Source of the DNA: Thermodesulfobacteriota bacterium
GTDB lineage: Bacteria; Desulfobacterota; GWC2-55-46
NCBI GenBank assembly: GCA_030583865.1
Contig: CP129479.1
Span: 1,634,819-1,698,818, forward strand
Direction: 5' to 3'
Length of the DNA stretch: 64,000 nucleotides
Below the pieces are notes generated by a model, which saw only the letters and a list, made by a program, of their open reading frames with translations, was not told the origin of the DNA and did no database searches. Positions 46,738 through 55,360 of this stretch are shown here, piece after piece. The stretch's first letter is position 1; each line of letters begins with the position of its first letter. The translations under genes and the position numbers were made by a program.

Positions 46738-48426
46738 TTAACGCTTGAGGTTCACGAGTTCCATAAGGAGCTCATCGGTCGTCGTTATTATCTTGGAGTT
46801 GGCCTGAAAGCCGCGCTGGGCGGTTATCATGTTCACGAACTCCCTTGCGAGGTCGACGTTCGAAAGCTCAAGGGTCTCGGACTGGACAAGCCCCATCCCC
46901 GAGGTCCCGGGCGTGCCGATAAGGGGCTGGCCCGAGTCGAAGGTCTCGGAGTAGAGGTTCATGCCGGCGCTCGAAAGGGAGGTGGGGCTCGGGAAATCGG
47001 CCAGGAGCACCTGCGCGAGGTTGAGGGCCCTGCCGTTCGTGAATATGCCCTGTATGACGCCGTCCTGGTTGATGGCTATCCTCTGGAGCGTGCCCGAGGA
47101 GTAGCCGTCCTGTATAAGCCTGGATACGCCCGAGGCGGTGGCGTACTGGGTGGTGCCGTTGGTGCCTGTTCCGCCCTCGGTTATGCTGGCTCCGAAGTCG
47201 AAGGCTATGGTCTGCCCGCCGCCTGCCCCGCCGGTAAAGTCGAACCCGGTCGCCGGCGTGCCAGCGGGGTTGCTGACCGAGTAATGGGTATAATCAATGG
47301 GGTCTTCGGAATGGAGCGCGCCGCTCGAATCGAAGGTGACCCTGCCCTGGGCCTGTATCTCGGTTTCGCCGGTCAGAGACTCGCTCCCGTCAACCACCGC
47401 GAACCACTGCCATGTGTTGCCGATGCTCCCGAGCGACTCCTTCCTGAAAAACATGGTGACTGTATGGTCGTTACCGAGGGTGTCGTAGACCGTGAGCGGA
47501 ACGGAAAAGTTGGAGGTGTTACCGGCGTTCGCGAGGTCGAAGGCGCCGCCCGCCGCGTCGGAGGTATAGCTCGAACCGTCGGCTGCAAGGGGCGCGCCGG
47601 GGTTGGCAGTATATCCGAGGAGCGAACCGGCGCTCGACGAGACCATGTCGAAATCGAGGGTGCCGGTATTGCCAGCGTCATTTGCTATGGTGAACATGCC
47701 GGTCTGGTCGTCGTAGGAAACGGTATAGGTATTTCCGCTCGCCGCGCCCTGGAGGACGGCCCTTACCGCGGCGTTTACCTGGTCGGCGGTCGCGGCGGCG
47801 CCGGATATGAGGCCGCCGTCGGTCACGAGGCTCCTGGTATAGGCGGTGCCGCCTATGTCGAAGGTGAGCTCGTCGTTTACGCCGGTAGTGAAAACGAAGC
47901 CGGTTATCGGCGCGTTCGAGTCGAGGTTCGCGTTCAGGAGCGCGCTCGTCGTCGCGCTCGGGGTAATTATCCTGGTCGCAAGCTGTATGTCAGATATCGA
48001 GTTCTGGAAGGTGCCGGCGGCGTTTGCCATGTAGCCCTGAAGGCGCATGCCCTCGGGGTTCACTATGAAGCCCTCCTTGTCGGTCGAGAACTGGCCTGCC
48101 CTGGTATAGTACCTGGTATCCAGCACTGGGTCGTTCACCATGTAAAACCCGTTGCCGCTTATTGCGAGGTCGAGGGCGTTCCCGGTGCTCTCGAAGGCGC
48201 CCTGGGTGAAGACCTTCTGGATGCTGCTCATGACGACTCCGAGGCCTATCTGGTTGGTGCCGCCGCCGCCTGAAAGGGTCTGGCTCAGGACGTCGCCGAA
48301 CGTGACCCTGCTCCCCTTGAAGCCCACGGTGTTGACGTTTGAGATGTTGTTGCCGATTACCGAGAGGTTGGACATGTTCGCGTTCAGGCCGCTTATTCCG
48401 GTATAGAGAGCTGACTGCATATTCAC
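46738..48426 (-). CDS. flgE: Flagellar hook protein FlgE
   Basis: SALYTGISGLNANMSNLSVIGNNISNVNTVGFK and C-terminal SNVDLAREFVNMITAQRGFQANSKIITT. Confidence 0.96.
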   Translation of the reverse strand: MNMQSALYTGISGLNANMSNLSVIGNNISNVNTVGFKGSRVTFGDVLSQTLSGGGGTNQIGLGVVMSSIQKVFTQGAFESTGNALDLAISGNGFYMVNDPVLDTRYYTRAGQFSTDKEGFIVNPEGMRLQGYMANAAGTFQNSISDIQLATRIITPSATTSALLNANLDSNAPITGFVFTTGVNDELTFDIGGTAYTRSLVTDGGLISGAAATADQVNAAVRAVLQGAASGNTYTVSYDDQTGMFTIANDAGNTGTLDFDMVSSSAGSLLGYTANPGAPLAADGSSYTSDAAGGAFDLANAGNTSNFSVPLTVYDTLGNDHTVTMFFRKESLGSIGNTWQWFAVVDGSESLTGETEIQAQGRVTFDSSGALHSEDPIDYTHYSVSNPAGTPATGFDFTGGAGGGQTIAFDFGASITEGGTGTNGTTQYATASGVSRLIQDGYSSGTLQRIAINQDGVIQGIFTNGRALNLAQVLLADFPSPTSLSSAGMNLYSETFDSGQPLIGTPGTSGMGLVQSETLELSNVDLAREFVNMITAQRGFQANSKIITTTDELLMELVNLKR

Positions 48427-48479
48427 TTCCTCCTTTGGTTGCCTTGAGTTTTTCGGCGCCCTTAAGCGCCAGTCAGTTA

Positions 48480-49136
48480 CTAATATATTTCCTTTATGCT
48501 TTCCTTTTTGACTGGTGTACCGTTCACGTAGAGGCTTGAGCCTCCGGCTTCGGAGAGGTTGACTCCGGTAACGAAGCCGAGGAGATATCTCGCGGCCCCG
48601 ATTGCCGAGCCGTTGGAGCCCCTGGCGCCGACCGAGAAGGAGTACTTTCCGGGGGGAAGCTGTGAGCCGCTGCCGTCGGTGCCGTCCCAGACGATCTCGT
48701 GCTCGCCCGCGGGCAGGGGGCCGAGGTCGAAAGTCCTTACCGCCAGGCCGTATTCGTTGCTGATAGTAAGCTGCGTCGAGCTTGACGCGGAGCCGAGCTC
48801 GAAGCCGATGCCGTGCTCCTGTCCGGCAACGCGCTCGAAAACGTCCGCCTCCGCCTTGACCATCCTGCCGATGAGCCCGGCGGAACCCATGTCGCTCAGG
48901 GCGCCAAGGCTCCCGGCCATGCCCGTCATGGTTGAATTCAGGTTCTGTATCCCCTCGAGCGAGCTGAACTGCGCAAGCTGGGCAACAAACTCGGTATTCT
49001 CCATGGGGTTGAGCGGGTCCTGGTTCTGGAGCTGCGTGACAAGGAGCTTAAGGAACGCGTCCTTGCCCATCGCCTCCTCGGCCCTTGTCCTGTTGAGTCC
49101 CGTAGACGAACCGTATACTCCTACATTAGAAACCAT
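48480..49136 (-). CDS. flgD: Hook capping/assembly protein FlgD
   Basis: MGKDAFLKLLVTQLQNQDPLNPMENTEFVAQLAQFSSLE plus a FlgD Ig-like C-terminus. Confidence 0.93.
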   Translation of the reverse strand: MVSNVGVYGSSTGLNRTRAEEAMGKDAFLKLLVTQLQNQDPLNPMENTEFVAQLAQFSSLEGIQNLNSTMTGMAGSLGALSDMGSAGLIGRMVKAEADVFERVAGQEHGIGFELGSASSSTQLTISNEYGLAVRTFDLGPLPAGEHEIVWDGTDGSGSQLPPGKYSFSVGARGSNGSAIGAARYLLGFVTGVNLSEAGGSSLYVNGTPVKKESIKEIY

Positions 49137-49149
49137 TCTCTTTCACCTC

Positions 49150-51012
49150 TCAGGCAAAAAGGTCTATGCCGCCGTAAGCGGGTTGATACTTCCTTTGGCT
49201 GCTCCCGTCGTAGCCGCTCTTCCGTCCGTCCTTCCCTTCGCTGCCGCTCCCGCGGGCCTCCTCCCGGCGCTCCTCGAAGAGGCCTTCCCTCCGTTCCGGC
49301 AGGCCGGCGTCAACCCTGGAACTCACGCTTACCACGCATTCGCGGAGCACAAGCCCCTGCTGCGCCAGCGAGTCTTTTAGCATGGAGGAGTTTGCCTCCA
49401 GGAGCGCCTTGGCCTCGTGGCTCTCGGCGGTTATCTCGGCAGTTACAGCGCCATTGCTTATGCTGAGCCGTATCGAGAGCTCGCCGAGGCTTTCAGGGTT
49501 GAGCTTCATCCTGACCTCGCCCCCGCCGTTCCGGACCGAGATGCGGAGGACCTCATCGAGCTGCTTCCCCATCTCAACCGGGTATGCCTGGGGCTCGGGC
49601 CTGTAAGCCGAGGCCGAATCGACAAGGTTTCTGAAAGCGGCCCCCGGGAGCGCCCCGTGAGCGGGCCTCTGGGCGTCAGGTTCCGCCTCCGGCCGCCCGC
49701 CGTCCCCGTCCTGCGAGAGGTCGAGCTTCAATCCGGTCTCGCCGGCATCCTTCAAGGAAAACTCATTGGCGCCTTCGGCCTGGGGCGCGTCAGCGCCTTC
49801 CTGGCCATTGGAATCGACGTAAGCGTCAGTCCGTGCGGCAGGCACTCCGTTCGCGATGTCTTTTTGCAACCCGTTTTCAACGGCAACAGCGACGGGCCTG
49901 GGAGAACTGCCATGCAGAGGACCCATCCCGGCATGCAGGCTTTCTGTCTTTTGAGAGAGCCTTGGAGCGATATTGTCCGCTGCGTCCGGCTCTTTACCTG
50001 AAACTTCAATCCCCGGCCTTTCCGCGCTGCCCATATCCTCTTCCGGCAAGGGCATCTGTCCCGTCTTGTCAGGTCCGTTCCCGGTGACCCGGCCATCGGC
50101 TGACGGCGTCTCAGGCGGAACTGCCCGCACCCTTTCACCACTTCCGGAGCCCGCGGCTGACTCTGAGCCTTGAGCCGTCCAGGTGCTCCCGGAGACGGCT
50201 GCATCCGCGTGCGTCTCGCCGCGGGCTGCCAATACCGGCTCCTTGATTGCTTGATACGGAGCTCTTTCGAAATGCCCGGCAATCCTTTCGCCTTCTTCTG
50301 AAGCTGCCGGCCTGGCGTCTTCTGCCGGCCCGGCGTCCTCTGAATGAACGGCCCTGTCACGCCCGGCCTGAGCTTCTGAAACAGGCACAGCCGGGCCGGG
50401 CACATTGATATCGGCTTTGGCATTGCCATGACCATACTGACGGACACTCGGCACCGCCGCTTCAGTCGGCGCATCGCTTCCTGCAAGGCCGTTACCCGGC
50501 TGTGTCACCTTTACTTCATTGGCGGCAATCGGACGGGATGCCGGGAAAGCGGCATATTCCAGGCCCTGGGCTTTGAATTCCTTCTGGGAGTCCGCCACAA
50601 AACCTGAGCCTTTGCCTTCCGGATCATTTGAGCCTTCGTAATGCGCGGGCTCAAGGAGCTGTATATTGTTTTTTACCGCCTCGGTCTGAGGCTCGCTGCC
50701 TTTAAAGAACTTAGCGGGAATGTAATTTGCCTGGTGCAGGAGGTCCGCCGGGCCTGCCGAGACATCCTCGGGCCCGGACCCATCGTGAATCTGCCTTCCT
50801 GTATGGAGAGCGCCGGACATGACGGTCTCCTGGGCTTTTGCGGCCTCGGCATGCACGTCGCCGGAGTTGTCCGCGAACACCATCCCATTACGGTACGTTT
50901 CCATGAGGGACATGAATTCTCCGCCGGTGGAAGCCGCCTTTACGCCGGCTGCTGTCTCCGTGCCCGGCTCGGGTAATGCCGGTCCAAATATCGAAAGAAA
51001 CGGTATGTTCAC
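49150..51012 (-). CDS. fliK: Hook-length control protein FliK
   Basis: Pro/Ala/Gly-rich ruler region and a C-terminal FliK domain (GEVRMKLNPESLGELSIRLSISNGAVTAEITAESHEAKALLE). The track start (51096) lies upstream of the sigma54 promoter at 51048-51063. I therefore place the start at GTG 51012 (AAGGTGGAG SD). Confidence 0.8.
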   Translation of the reverse strand: MNIPFLSIFGPALPEPGTETAAGVKAASTGGEFMSLMETYRNGMVFADNSGDVHAEAAKAQETVMSGALHTGRQIHDGSGPEDVSAGPADLLHQANYIPAKFFKGSEPQTEAVKNNIQLLEPAHYEGSNDPEGKGSGFVADSQKEFKAQGLEYAAFPASRPIAANEVKVTQPGNGLAGSDAPTEAAVPSVRQYGHGNAKADINVPGPAVPVSEAQAGRDRAVHSEDAGPAEDARPAASEEGERIAGHFERAPYQAIKEPVLAARGETHADAAVSGSTWTAQGSESAAGSGSGERVRAVPPETPSADGRVTGNGPDKTGQMPLPEEDMGSAERPGIEVSGKEPDAADNIAPRLSQKTESLHAGMGPLHGSSPRPVAVAVENGLQKDIANGVPAARTDAYVDSNGQEGADAPQAEGANEFSLKDAGETGLKLDLSQDGDGGRPEAEPDAQRPAHGALPGAAFRNLVDSASAYRPEPQAYPVEMGKQLDEVLRISVRNGGGEVRMKLNPESLGELSIRLSISNGAVTAEITAESHEAKALLEANSSMLKDSLAQQGLVLRECVVSVSSRVDAGLPERREGLFEERREEARGSGSEGKDGRKSGYDGSSQRKYQPAYGGIDLFA

Positions 51013-51047
51013 CTGCTCCACCTTTCGGTCGTTCACAATAGCGTTAT

Positions 51048-51063
51048 AGCAACCCGCGTGCCA
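51048..51063 (-). promoter_or_regulatory. sigma54 promoter upstream of fliK-flgD-flgE
   Basis: Minus strand reads TGGCAC-GCGGG-TTGCT, downstream of the terminator at 51221-51247. Confidence 0.8.
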
Positions 51064-51220
51064 AACAGAATGGACGTTCAAATGTCCGATTTTCAATATA
51101 AAAAGAAGGAGCGAGACTGGAAGGAGCGGGGAAGTTCATCCTGGGTAGGAATCTTTTTCCCGGCTCGGCGGGCAGCTTTTTCCGCTGGCCGGTTTTTCGC
51201 TGGCCAGATGGGGCCAGCGT

Positions 51221-51247
51221 AAAAAAAAAAGGGCGGCTTAGCCGCCC
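51221..51247 (-). terminator. Strong rho-independent terminator ending the flgB-ylxF unit
   Basis: Minus strand reads GGGCGGC-TAA-GCCGCCC followed by T10. Confidence 0.88.
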
Positions 51248-51274
51248 CGCTCACCGGGGAAAAGATTAATTTTT

Positions 51275-51427
51275 AGCAGCTTGCTGAAAAATTCCGTTTT
51301 TATTCAGGCTGCTCAAAAAGCTCCAGGTGCGAGGCGTCGAGGAGCGAGGAATGAGGCGTACTTTTCGTGTACGCCGCAGTGACGAGCGACGAAGACAACG
51401 ACGCAGATGGACTTTTTCAGCAGCCTG
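51275..51427 (-). repeat. Structured non-coding element: three copies of a GCTGCTSAAAAAG-type motif (two direct, one inverted) around a central hairpin
   Basis: Arms 51305-51329 (caggctgctcaaaaagctccaggtg) and 51404-51427 (reverse complement caggctgctgaaaaagtccatctg) pair over 9+6+3 bp. Central hairpin ggcgtac-ttttcgt-gtacgcc at 51355-51375. A third partial copy lies at 51275-51295. No credible ORF. Confidence 0.6.
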
Positions 51428-51439
51428 TTAGAGGTTGCC

Positions 51440-51979
51440 TTATTTTTTGGCCCTGAACATCCTGCTCAGCTCCACGGCCTTGTCCACGCTTACGAACTCC
51501 AGGAGCTTCGCAGCCTTCTTTTCGTTCATCGAGGAAAGTATCATCACGGCCATGTCATTGTCGAGCCCCTCGAGCCTCGGCGCGGCCTCCTCGGGGTTCA
51601 TCGTCTCGTATATCTTTACGATCCGCCTTATCCTTTCCTCGCGGGCCTCGTTTATCTTCCTGACCATTGCCTCGATGTCCTGATGGACCTTCCTGAGCTC
51701 CGCTGACCTGGCTTCCATGTCGGCCTTTATCGCCTCGAGCCTGGCCTCCTTTGCCCTGAGGGCCTCTTCCCGGGCTTCGAGCTCCTTCTCCTTCCTGTTT
51801 ATCGCGGCTATGAGCGACCTTTCGGGCGCGGTCACGAAAGGCTCCGGCTGCCCGGGGGCCCCGCCCTCCGCTGGCTGGCTCGCGAGCACCGGCGAGGCTA
51901 TGACCCCATACCACCCGAATATAAGGACAAATGCCGTGAATACCCCGGCGAGCATTTGCACACGCACCCTATTTTTCAT
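51440..51979 (-). CDS. MgtE-N/MotE-like flagellar protein (YlxF/FlbB position)
   Basis: N-terminal TM, Glu/Arg/Ala-rich coiled coil, C-terminal IYETMNPEEAAPRLEGLDNDMAVMILSSMNEKKAAKLLE (MgtE intracellular N-domain-like). It sits between fliJ and fliK, as ylxF does in the Bacillus fla/che operon. Confidence 0.7.
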   Translation of the reverse strand: MKNRVRVQMLAGVFTAFVLIFGWYGVIASPVLASQPAEGGAPGQPEPFVTAPERSLIAAINRKEKELEAREEALRAKEARLEAIKADMEARSAELRKVHQDIEAMVRKINEAREERIRRIVKIYETMNPEEAAPRLEGLDNDMAVMILSSMNEKKAAKLLEFVSVDKAVELSRMFRAKK

Positions 51980-52421
51980 CGCCGTTCCTCCCGTACCTCA
52001 ATGTCACGAGCTCGTCGGACTCCCTCTGTTCTCTGCGCCTGGCCTCTTTATTGTACGATTCCAGCGACTTGTCCTTGAAGGCCTCTATGACCTTCCTGTT
52101 TTTGGAAGCCTCGACCAGCTCGCCCCTTTTCCTCTCGGCGAGCAGGTTGACCTCCCTCAATATCCTCTCCTGGTCTGCTATATGCTTTTTAAGCCCGTCG
52201 ACATACGAGTAATGAAGGTCGAGATCTCCCGGGGACTCGCCCTTCTCCTTAAGCGAGTCTATCTCCGCGCTCGACTGCCTGTAGAGCTCCCTAAGGCGCT
52301 CTATCTTCCTTTCCTCTTCCTTTAGGAGGCCGAGGGCCTCCTCGAAACCCTTCCGGCAGAGGTCTTCCAGCCTCTGCCTGTAGTTGAATAGCGGCTCAAG
52401 CGTGAAGGTGAACTTTTTCAT
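51969..52421 (-). CDS. fliJ: Flagellar export chaperone/stalk protein FliJ
   Basis: 150-aa coiled coil. FTLEPLFNYRQRLED.., downstream of fliI. Confidence 0.85.
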   Translation of the reverse strand: MKKFTFTLEPLFNYRQRLEDLCRKGFEEALGLLKEEERKIERLRELYRQSSAEIDSLKEKGESPGDLDLHYSYVDGLKKHIADQERILREVNLLAERKRGELVEASKNRKVIEAFKDKSLESYNKEARRREQRESDELVTLRYGRNGDEK

Positions 52422-52427
52422 GCGCCT

Positions 52428-53753
52428 CTAAGCCGGGAGGGCGAACAGCGCCTGCAGGCTGTTGTCATAGCCCACCCCTTCAGATATGTCCTGCCTGAGG
52501 AAAGCGTTCACCTTGTCTATGACCTCTATTGCATGGTCCACGGCAGGGTCGCTCCCTTTTTTGTACGCGCCTATGCTTATGAGGTCGTACGCCTTTTTGT
52601 AGGTCGAGAGCACTGAGCGCAGCCGCGTGGCCGCCTTCCTGTGCTCGGGGTTCACGATGTCGTTCATTACCCTGCTTATGCTCGAAAGTACGTCTATCGC
52701 GGGGTAATGCGCCTGGTGGGCGAGTTCCCTCGAAAGGACTATGTGGCCGTCGAGCACCGCCCTCGCGGCGTCGGCGACAGGATCGTTCACGTCGTCTCCT
52801 TCGGCGAGTATAGTGTAAAAACCAGTTATGCTCCCCTTCCCCTCGGAGGTGCCGGCCCGCTCAAGGAGCCTCGGCAAATGCGCAAAAACCGAGGGCGGAT
52901 AGCCTTTTGTGGCGGGCGGCTCGCCAATGGCAAGTCCTATCTCCCTCTGGGCCATGCAGAACCGCGATATCGAGTCCATCATGAGGAGGACGTTCTTGCC
53001 CTGGTCCCTGAAATACTCGGCTATGGCAGTCGCCACCATCGGCGCCCTCATCCGGAGGAGAGGCGGCTGGTCGGAGGTCGCGACCACCAGCACGGACCTT
53101 TTAAGGCCCTCCTCGCCGAGGTCCTTCTCTATGAACTCCTTTACCTCCCTGCCCCTCTCGCCTATGAGGCCGATGACGTTCACGTCGGCCTCGGTATTCC
53201 GGGCCATCATGCCCATGAGTACGCTTTTTCCAACGCCGCTTCCGGCGAAGATGCCTATCCTCTGCCCCTTGCCCACGGTAAGGACGCTGTTTATCGCCCT
53301 TATGCCGACGTTGAGCGGCTCCTCTATCCTCTTTCTCGAAAGCGGGTTCGGAGGGGTCGAATAAAGAGGGTATTCGGTTTCGGCCTCGAAGGAGCCGAGC
53401 CCGTCAAGGGGGGAGCCGAGCCCGTCAAGGGTCCTCCCGAGAAGCCCCGGCCCGACCTTGACCGATGCGCTCACCCTTTTCGATACTATCTTGCTGCCCG
53501 GCCCGATGCCCCTTACTTCCCCGAGGGGCATGAGGAGTATCTTGTCATCCGAAAAACCGACGACCTCGCACTGGATGGGCTCGTGCCCGTCCTTCGGGTA
53601 CACGTGGCAGAACTCGCCGACCGAAGACCCGGGACCGAGCCCTTCCATCACGAGTCCGACTACCCTCGTGACCCTGCCGTGCACCCTCACGGGGTTTATC
53701 TCCCCGACGGCATTCCTCTGCCTTCGGAGATATTCAATCGCGCGCGTATGCAT
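52428..53753 (-). CDS. fliI: Flagellum-specific ATPase FliI
   Basis: Walker A GIFAGSGVGKSVLMGMM, Walker B VLLMMDSISRF, and ITGFYTILAEGDD. Confidence 0.97.
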   Translation of the reverse strand: MHTRAIEYLRRQRNAVGEINPVRVHGRVTRVVGLVMEGLGPGSSVGEFCHVYPKDGHEPIQCEVVGFSDDKILLMPLGEVRGIGPGSKIVSKRVSASVKVGPGLLGRTLDGLGSPLDGLGSFEAETEYPLYSTPPNPLSRKRIEEPLNVGIRAINSVLTVGKGQRIGIFAGSGVGKSVLMGMMARNTEADVNVIGLIGERGREVKEFIEKDLGEEGLKRSVLVVATSDQPPLLRMRAPMVATAIAEYFRDQGKNVLLMMDSISRFCMAQREIGLAIGEPPATKGYPPSVFAHLPRLLERAGTSEGKGSITGFYTILAEGDDVNDPVADAARAVLDGHIVLSRELAHQAHYPAIDVLSSISRVMNDIVNPEHRKAATRLRSVLSTYKKAYDLISIGAYKKGSDPAVDHAIEVIDKVNAFLRQDISEGVGYDNSLQALFALPA

Positions 53754-54363
53754 CCTTTAGCTTCGCCTCTATTTCCTCCGAGATGGACGCGATCGTCGCG
53801 TCTATCTCGCCGCAGCTCGTGGACACGAGGCAGCCTCCCCTCTGGACTAGCTCGTCGGGCTCGACGCTCAAACCCCTCAGGCCGCCGCAGAGCCTCATGA
53901 GCTCGGGCCTGAAGTTGTTGACGACTTCGAACTCCTTCGGGTTTACCCTTATCGTGACCTCGCCGCTTGCAGCGACCGCCCTGAGCGCGGACTTGACGCA
54001 TTCGAGGACCCCGTCCGGATTGATTTCAACCTCCCTCTGGACGACTTTCACGGCTATGGCCAGCGCGAGGGCTGTAATCTCCCTTTCGCACTCGGCGTAG
54101 AGCGATTCCCTGAACGATACGAGATCCCTTACAAGCCCCTCGAGGCCGCTGAAATGGACCTCGGCCTTTTTAAGGCCGAATTCGAACCCGGCCTTTTCGC
54201 CGGCGCTGAAGCCCCTCTCGTAGGCCTCTCTCTCCAGGGCCTCCAGGCGGCTGCCGACATCCTCGGTCTTCTCCTCCTGCTGCGTTTCCTGGCCGGAGAC
54301 GAGCGTGAAGGGCTCGGACATTATCCTGACGGCCCTGTTCCTTATGATGTTAGATGAGGACAT
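53734..54363 (-). CDS. fliH: Flagellar export protein FliH
   Basis: 209 aa. EREAYERGFSAGEKAGFEFG.. and C-terminal GGCLVSTSCGEIDATI. Confidence 0.88.
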   Translation of the reverse strand: MSSSNIIRNRAVRIMSEPFTLVSGQETQQEEKTEDVGSRLEALEREAYERGFSAGEKAGFEFGLKKAEVHFSGLEGLVRDLVSFRESLYAECEREITALALAIAVKVVQREVEINPDGVLECVKSALRAVAASGEVTIRVNPKEFEVVNNFRPELMRLCGGLRGLSVEPDELVQRGGCLVSTSCGEIDATIASISEEIEAKLKDAYARD

Positions 54364-55360
54364 CCCCGCTCCTTCCGGACCTTACGAGCTTCCCTTCCTG
54401 CTCGAGCCTCCTCGCTATCTTTATTATCTCCTGCTGGGACTTCTCCACCTCCGAAAGCTTCACGGGGCCCTTGGCCTCCATGTCCTCGAGGAGCATCTCT
54501 GAGGCGCGCTCGGACATGTTGCCGAGGAACTTTTCCCTGATGGCCTCGTCCGCGGCCTTGAGGGCGAGGCAGAGTACGTCGCCGCTGAGTTCCTTTATGA
54601 TGAGCTGCAGGCCCCTGTCGTCGACCTCCATGAGGTCGGCGAAGACGAACATCTTTTCCTGTATGCGCATGGCGAGATCCGGGCTCGCCTTCTCTATCGC
54701 GTCTATTATATCGCCCTCCGCCTTCGAATCCACCTGGTTCAGTATCTCGGCGGCAAGCTTCACGCCTTCGACAGACGCGCCCTGGCTGGACTCGGCAGAG
54801 AGCATCTGCTCGCTTATGAGCGCCTCGAGGTCCCTTACCGCAGCCTGGGGTATCCTCTTCAGGTTCCCAACCCTCAGCATGACCTCGCCCCTGAGCCTCT
54901 CGTTCTGGATGTTAAGGAGCACCATGGCTGCCCTGTCCGCGTCGAGGTGCGCGAGTATCAGGGCTATTATCTGCGGGTGCTCGTCCTTTATTATATTGGC
55001 GACAATCGCGGGGTCCATCCATTTGAGGGACTCTATGCCCCCGCCGCCCATCTCCCTGGTTATCTGGTCGAGTATGTACTGGGCCCTTTCCGGGCCGAGC
55101 GTCTTTACGAGCACGTTCCTCGTGAACTCGATGCCCTCGACGAAGAGCTCCCCCTTGTCGAGTATCTCTATGAACTCGCCCACGACGTGCCTCCCCATCT
55201 GGAGAGAAACGGACTCCTTCCTGACCATCATGCCGCCAAGGAGCTGCATCTCCGAGGGGGTCATGAACTTGAAGACCTCGCTCGCAAGCTCCTCGCCGAT
55301 GTTCATGAGGAGGACGGCGGCCTTCTCCGGCCCCGTAAGCCTCGGCTCCTTGGCCATCAC
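54350..55360 (-). CDS. fliG: Flagellar motor switch protein FliG
   Basis: LTGPEKAAVLLMNIGEELASEVFKFM.. and C-terminal torque helix region MSERASEMLLEDMEAKGPVKLSEVEKSQQEI. Confidence 0.96.
   Translation of the reverse strand: MMAKEPRLTGPEKAAVLLMNIGEELASEVFKFMTPSEMQLLGGMMVRKESVSLQMGRHVVGEFIEILDKGELFVEGIEFTRNVLVKTLGPERAQYILDQITREMGGGGIESLKWMDPAIVANIIKDEHPQIIALILAHLDADRAAMVLLNIQNERLRGEVMLRVGNLKRIPQAAVRDLEALISEQMLSAESSQGASVEGVKLAAEILNQVDSKAEGDIIDAIEKASPDLAMRIQEKMFVFADLMEVDDRGLQLIIKELSGDVLCLALKAADEAIREKFLGNMSERASEMLLEDMEAKGPVKLSEVEKSQQEIIKIARRLEQEGKLVRSGRSGDVLI

Noticed and set aside
46735-48273. 512-aa plus-strand ORF, the longest on the plus strand
   Set aside because: It lies exactly antisense to flgE, whose product has canonical hook N- and C-terminal motifs. 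The plus-strand translation is low-complexity Gly/Ala/Arg/Val-rich, as expected for a shadow ORF in GC-rich DNA. The same reasoning rejects 9421-10611, 25103-26557, 31078-32013, 39551-40987, 52641-53900, 54354-55382 and the other long plus-strand ORFs.
48427-48479. TGGCGC..GGGCGCC motif in the flgD-flgE gap as a possible sigma54 promoter or terminator
   Set aside because: The GG-N10-GC spacing is not met, since the base pair after N10 is CG. The 5-bp hairpin is not followed by a T-tract. flgE is more simply co-transcribed with fliK-flgD.
53391-53431. Near-perfect 21-bp tandem repeat in fliI (ggagccgagcccgtcaaggg twice, period 21), first suspected to be a second duplication lesion like the one in cheA
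   Set aside because: It is in frame and encodes LDGLGSP-LDGLGSF. This matches the length and pattern of the normal FliI LDGxGxPxDGxG segment, so it is not an insertion. At most it shows local sequence homogenisation.
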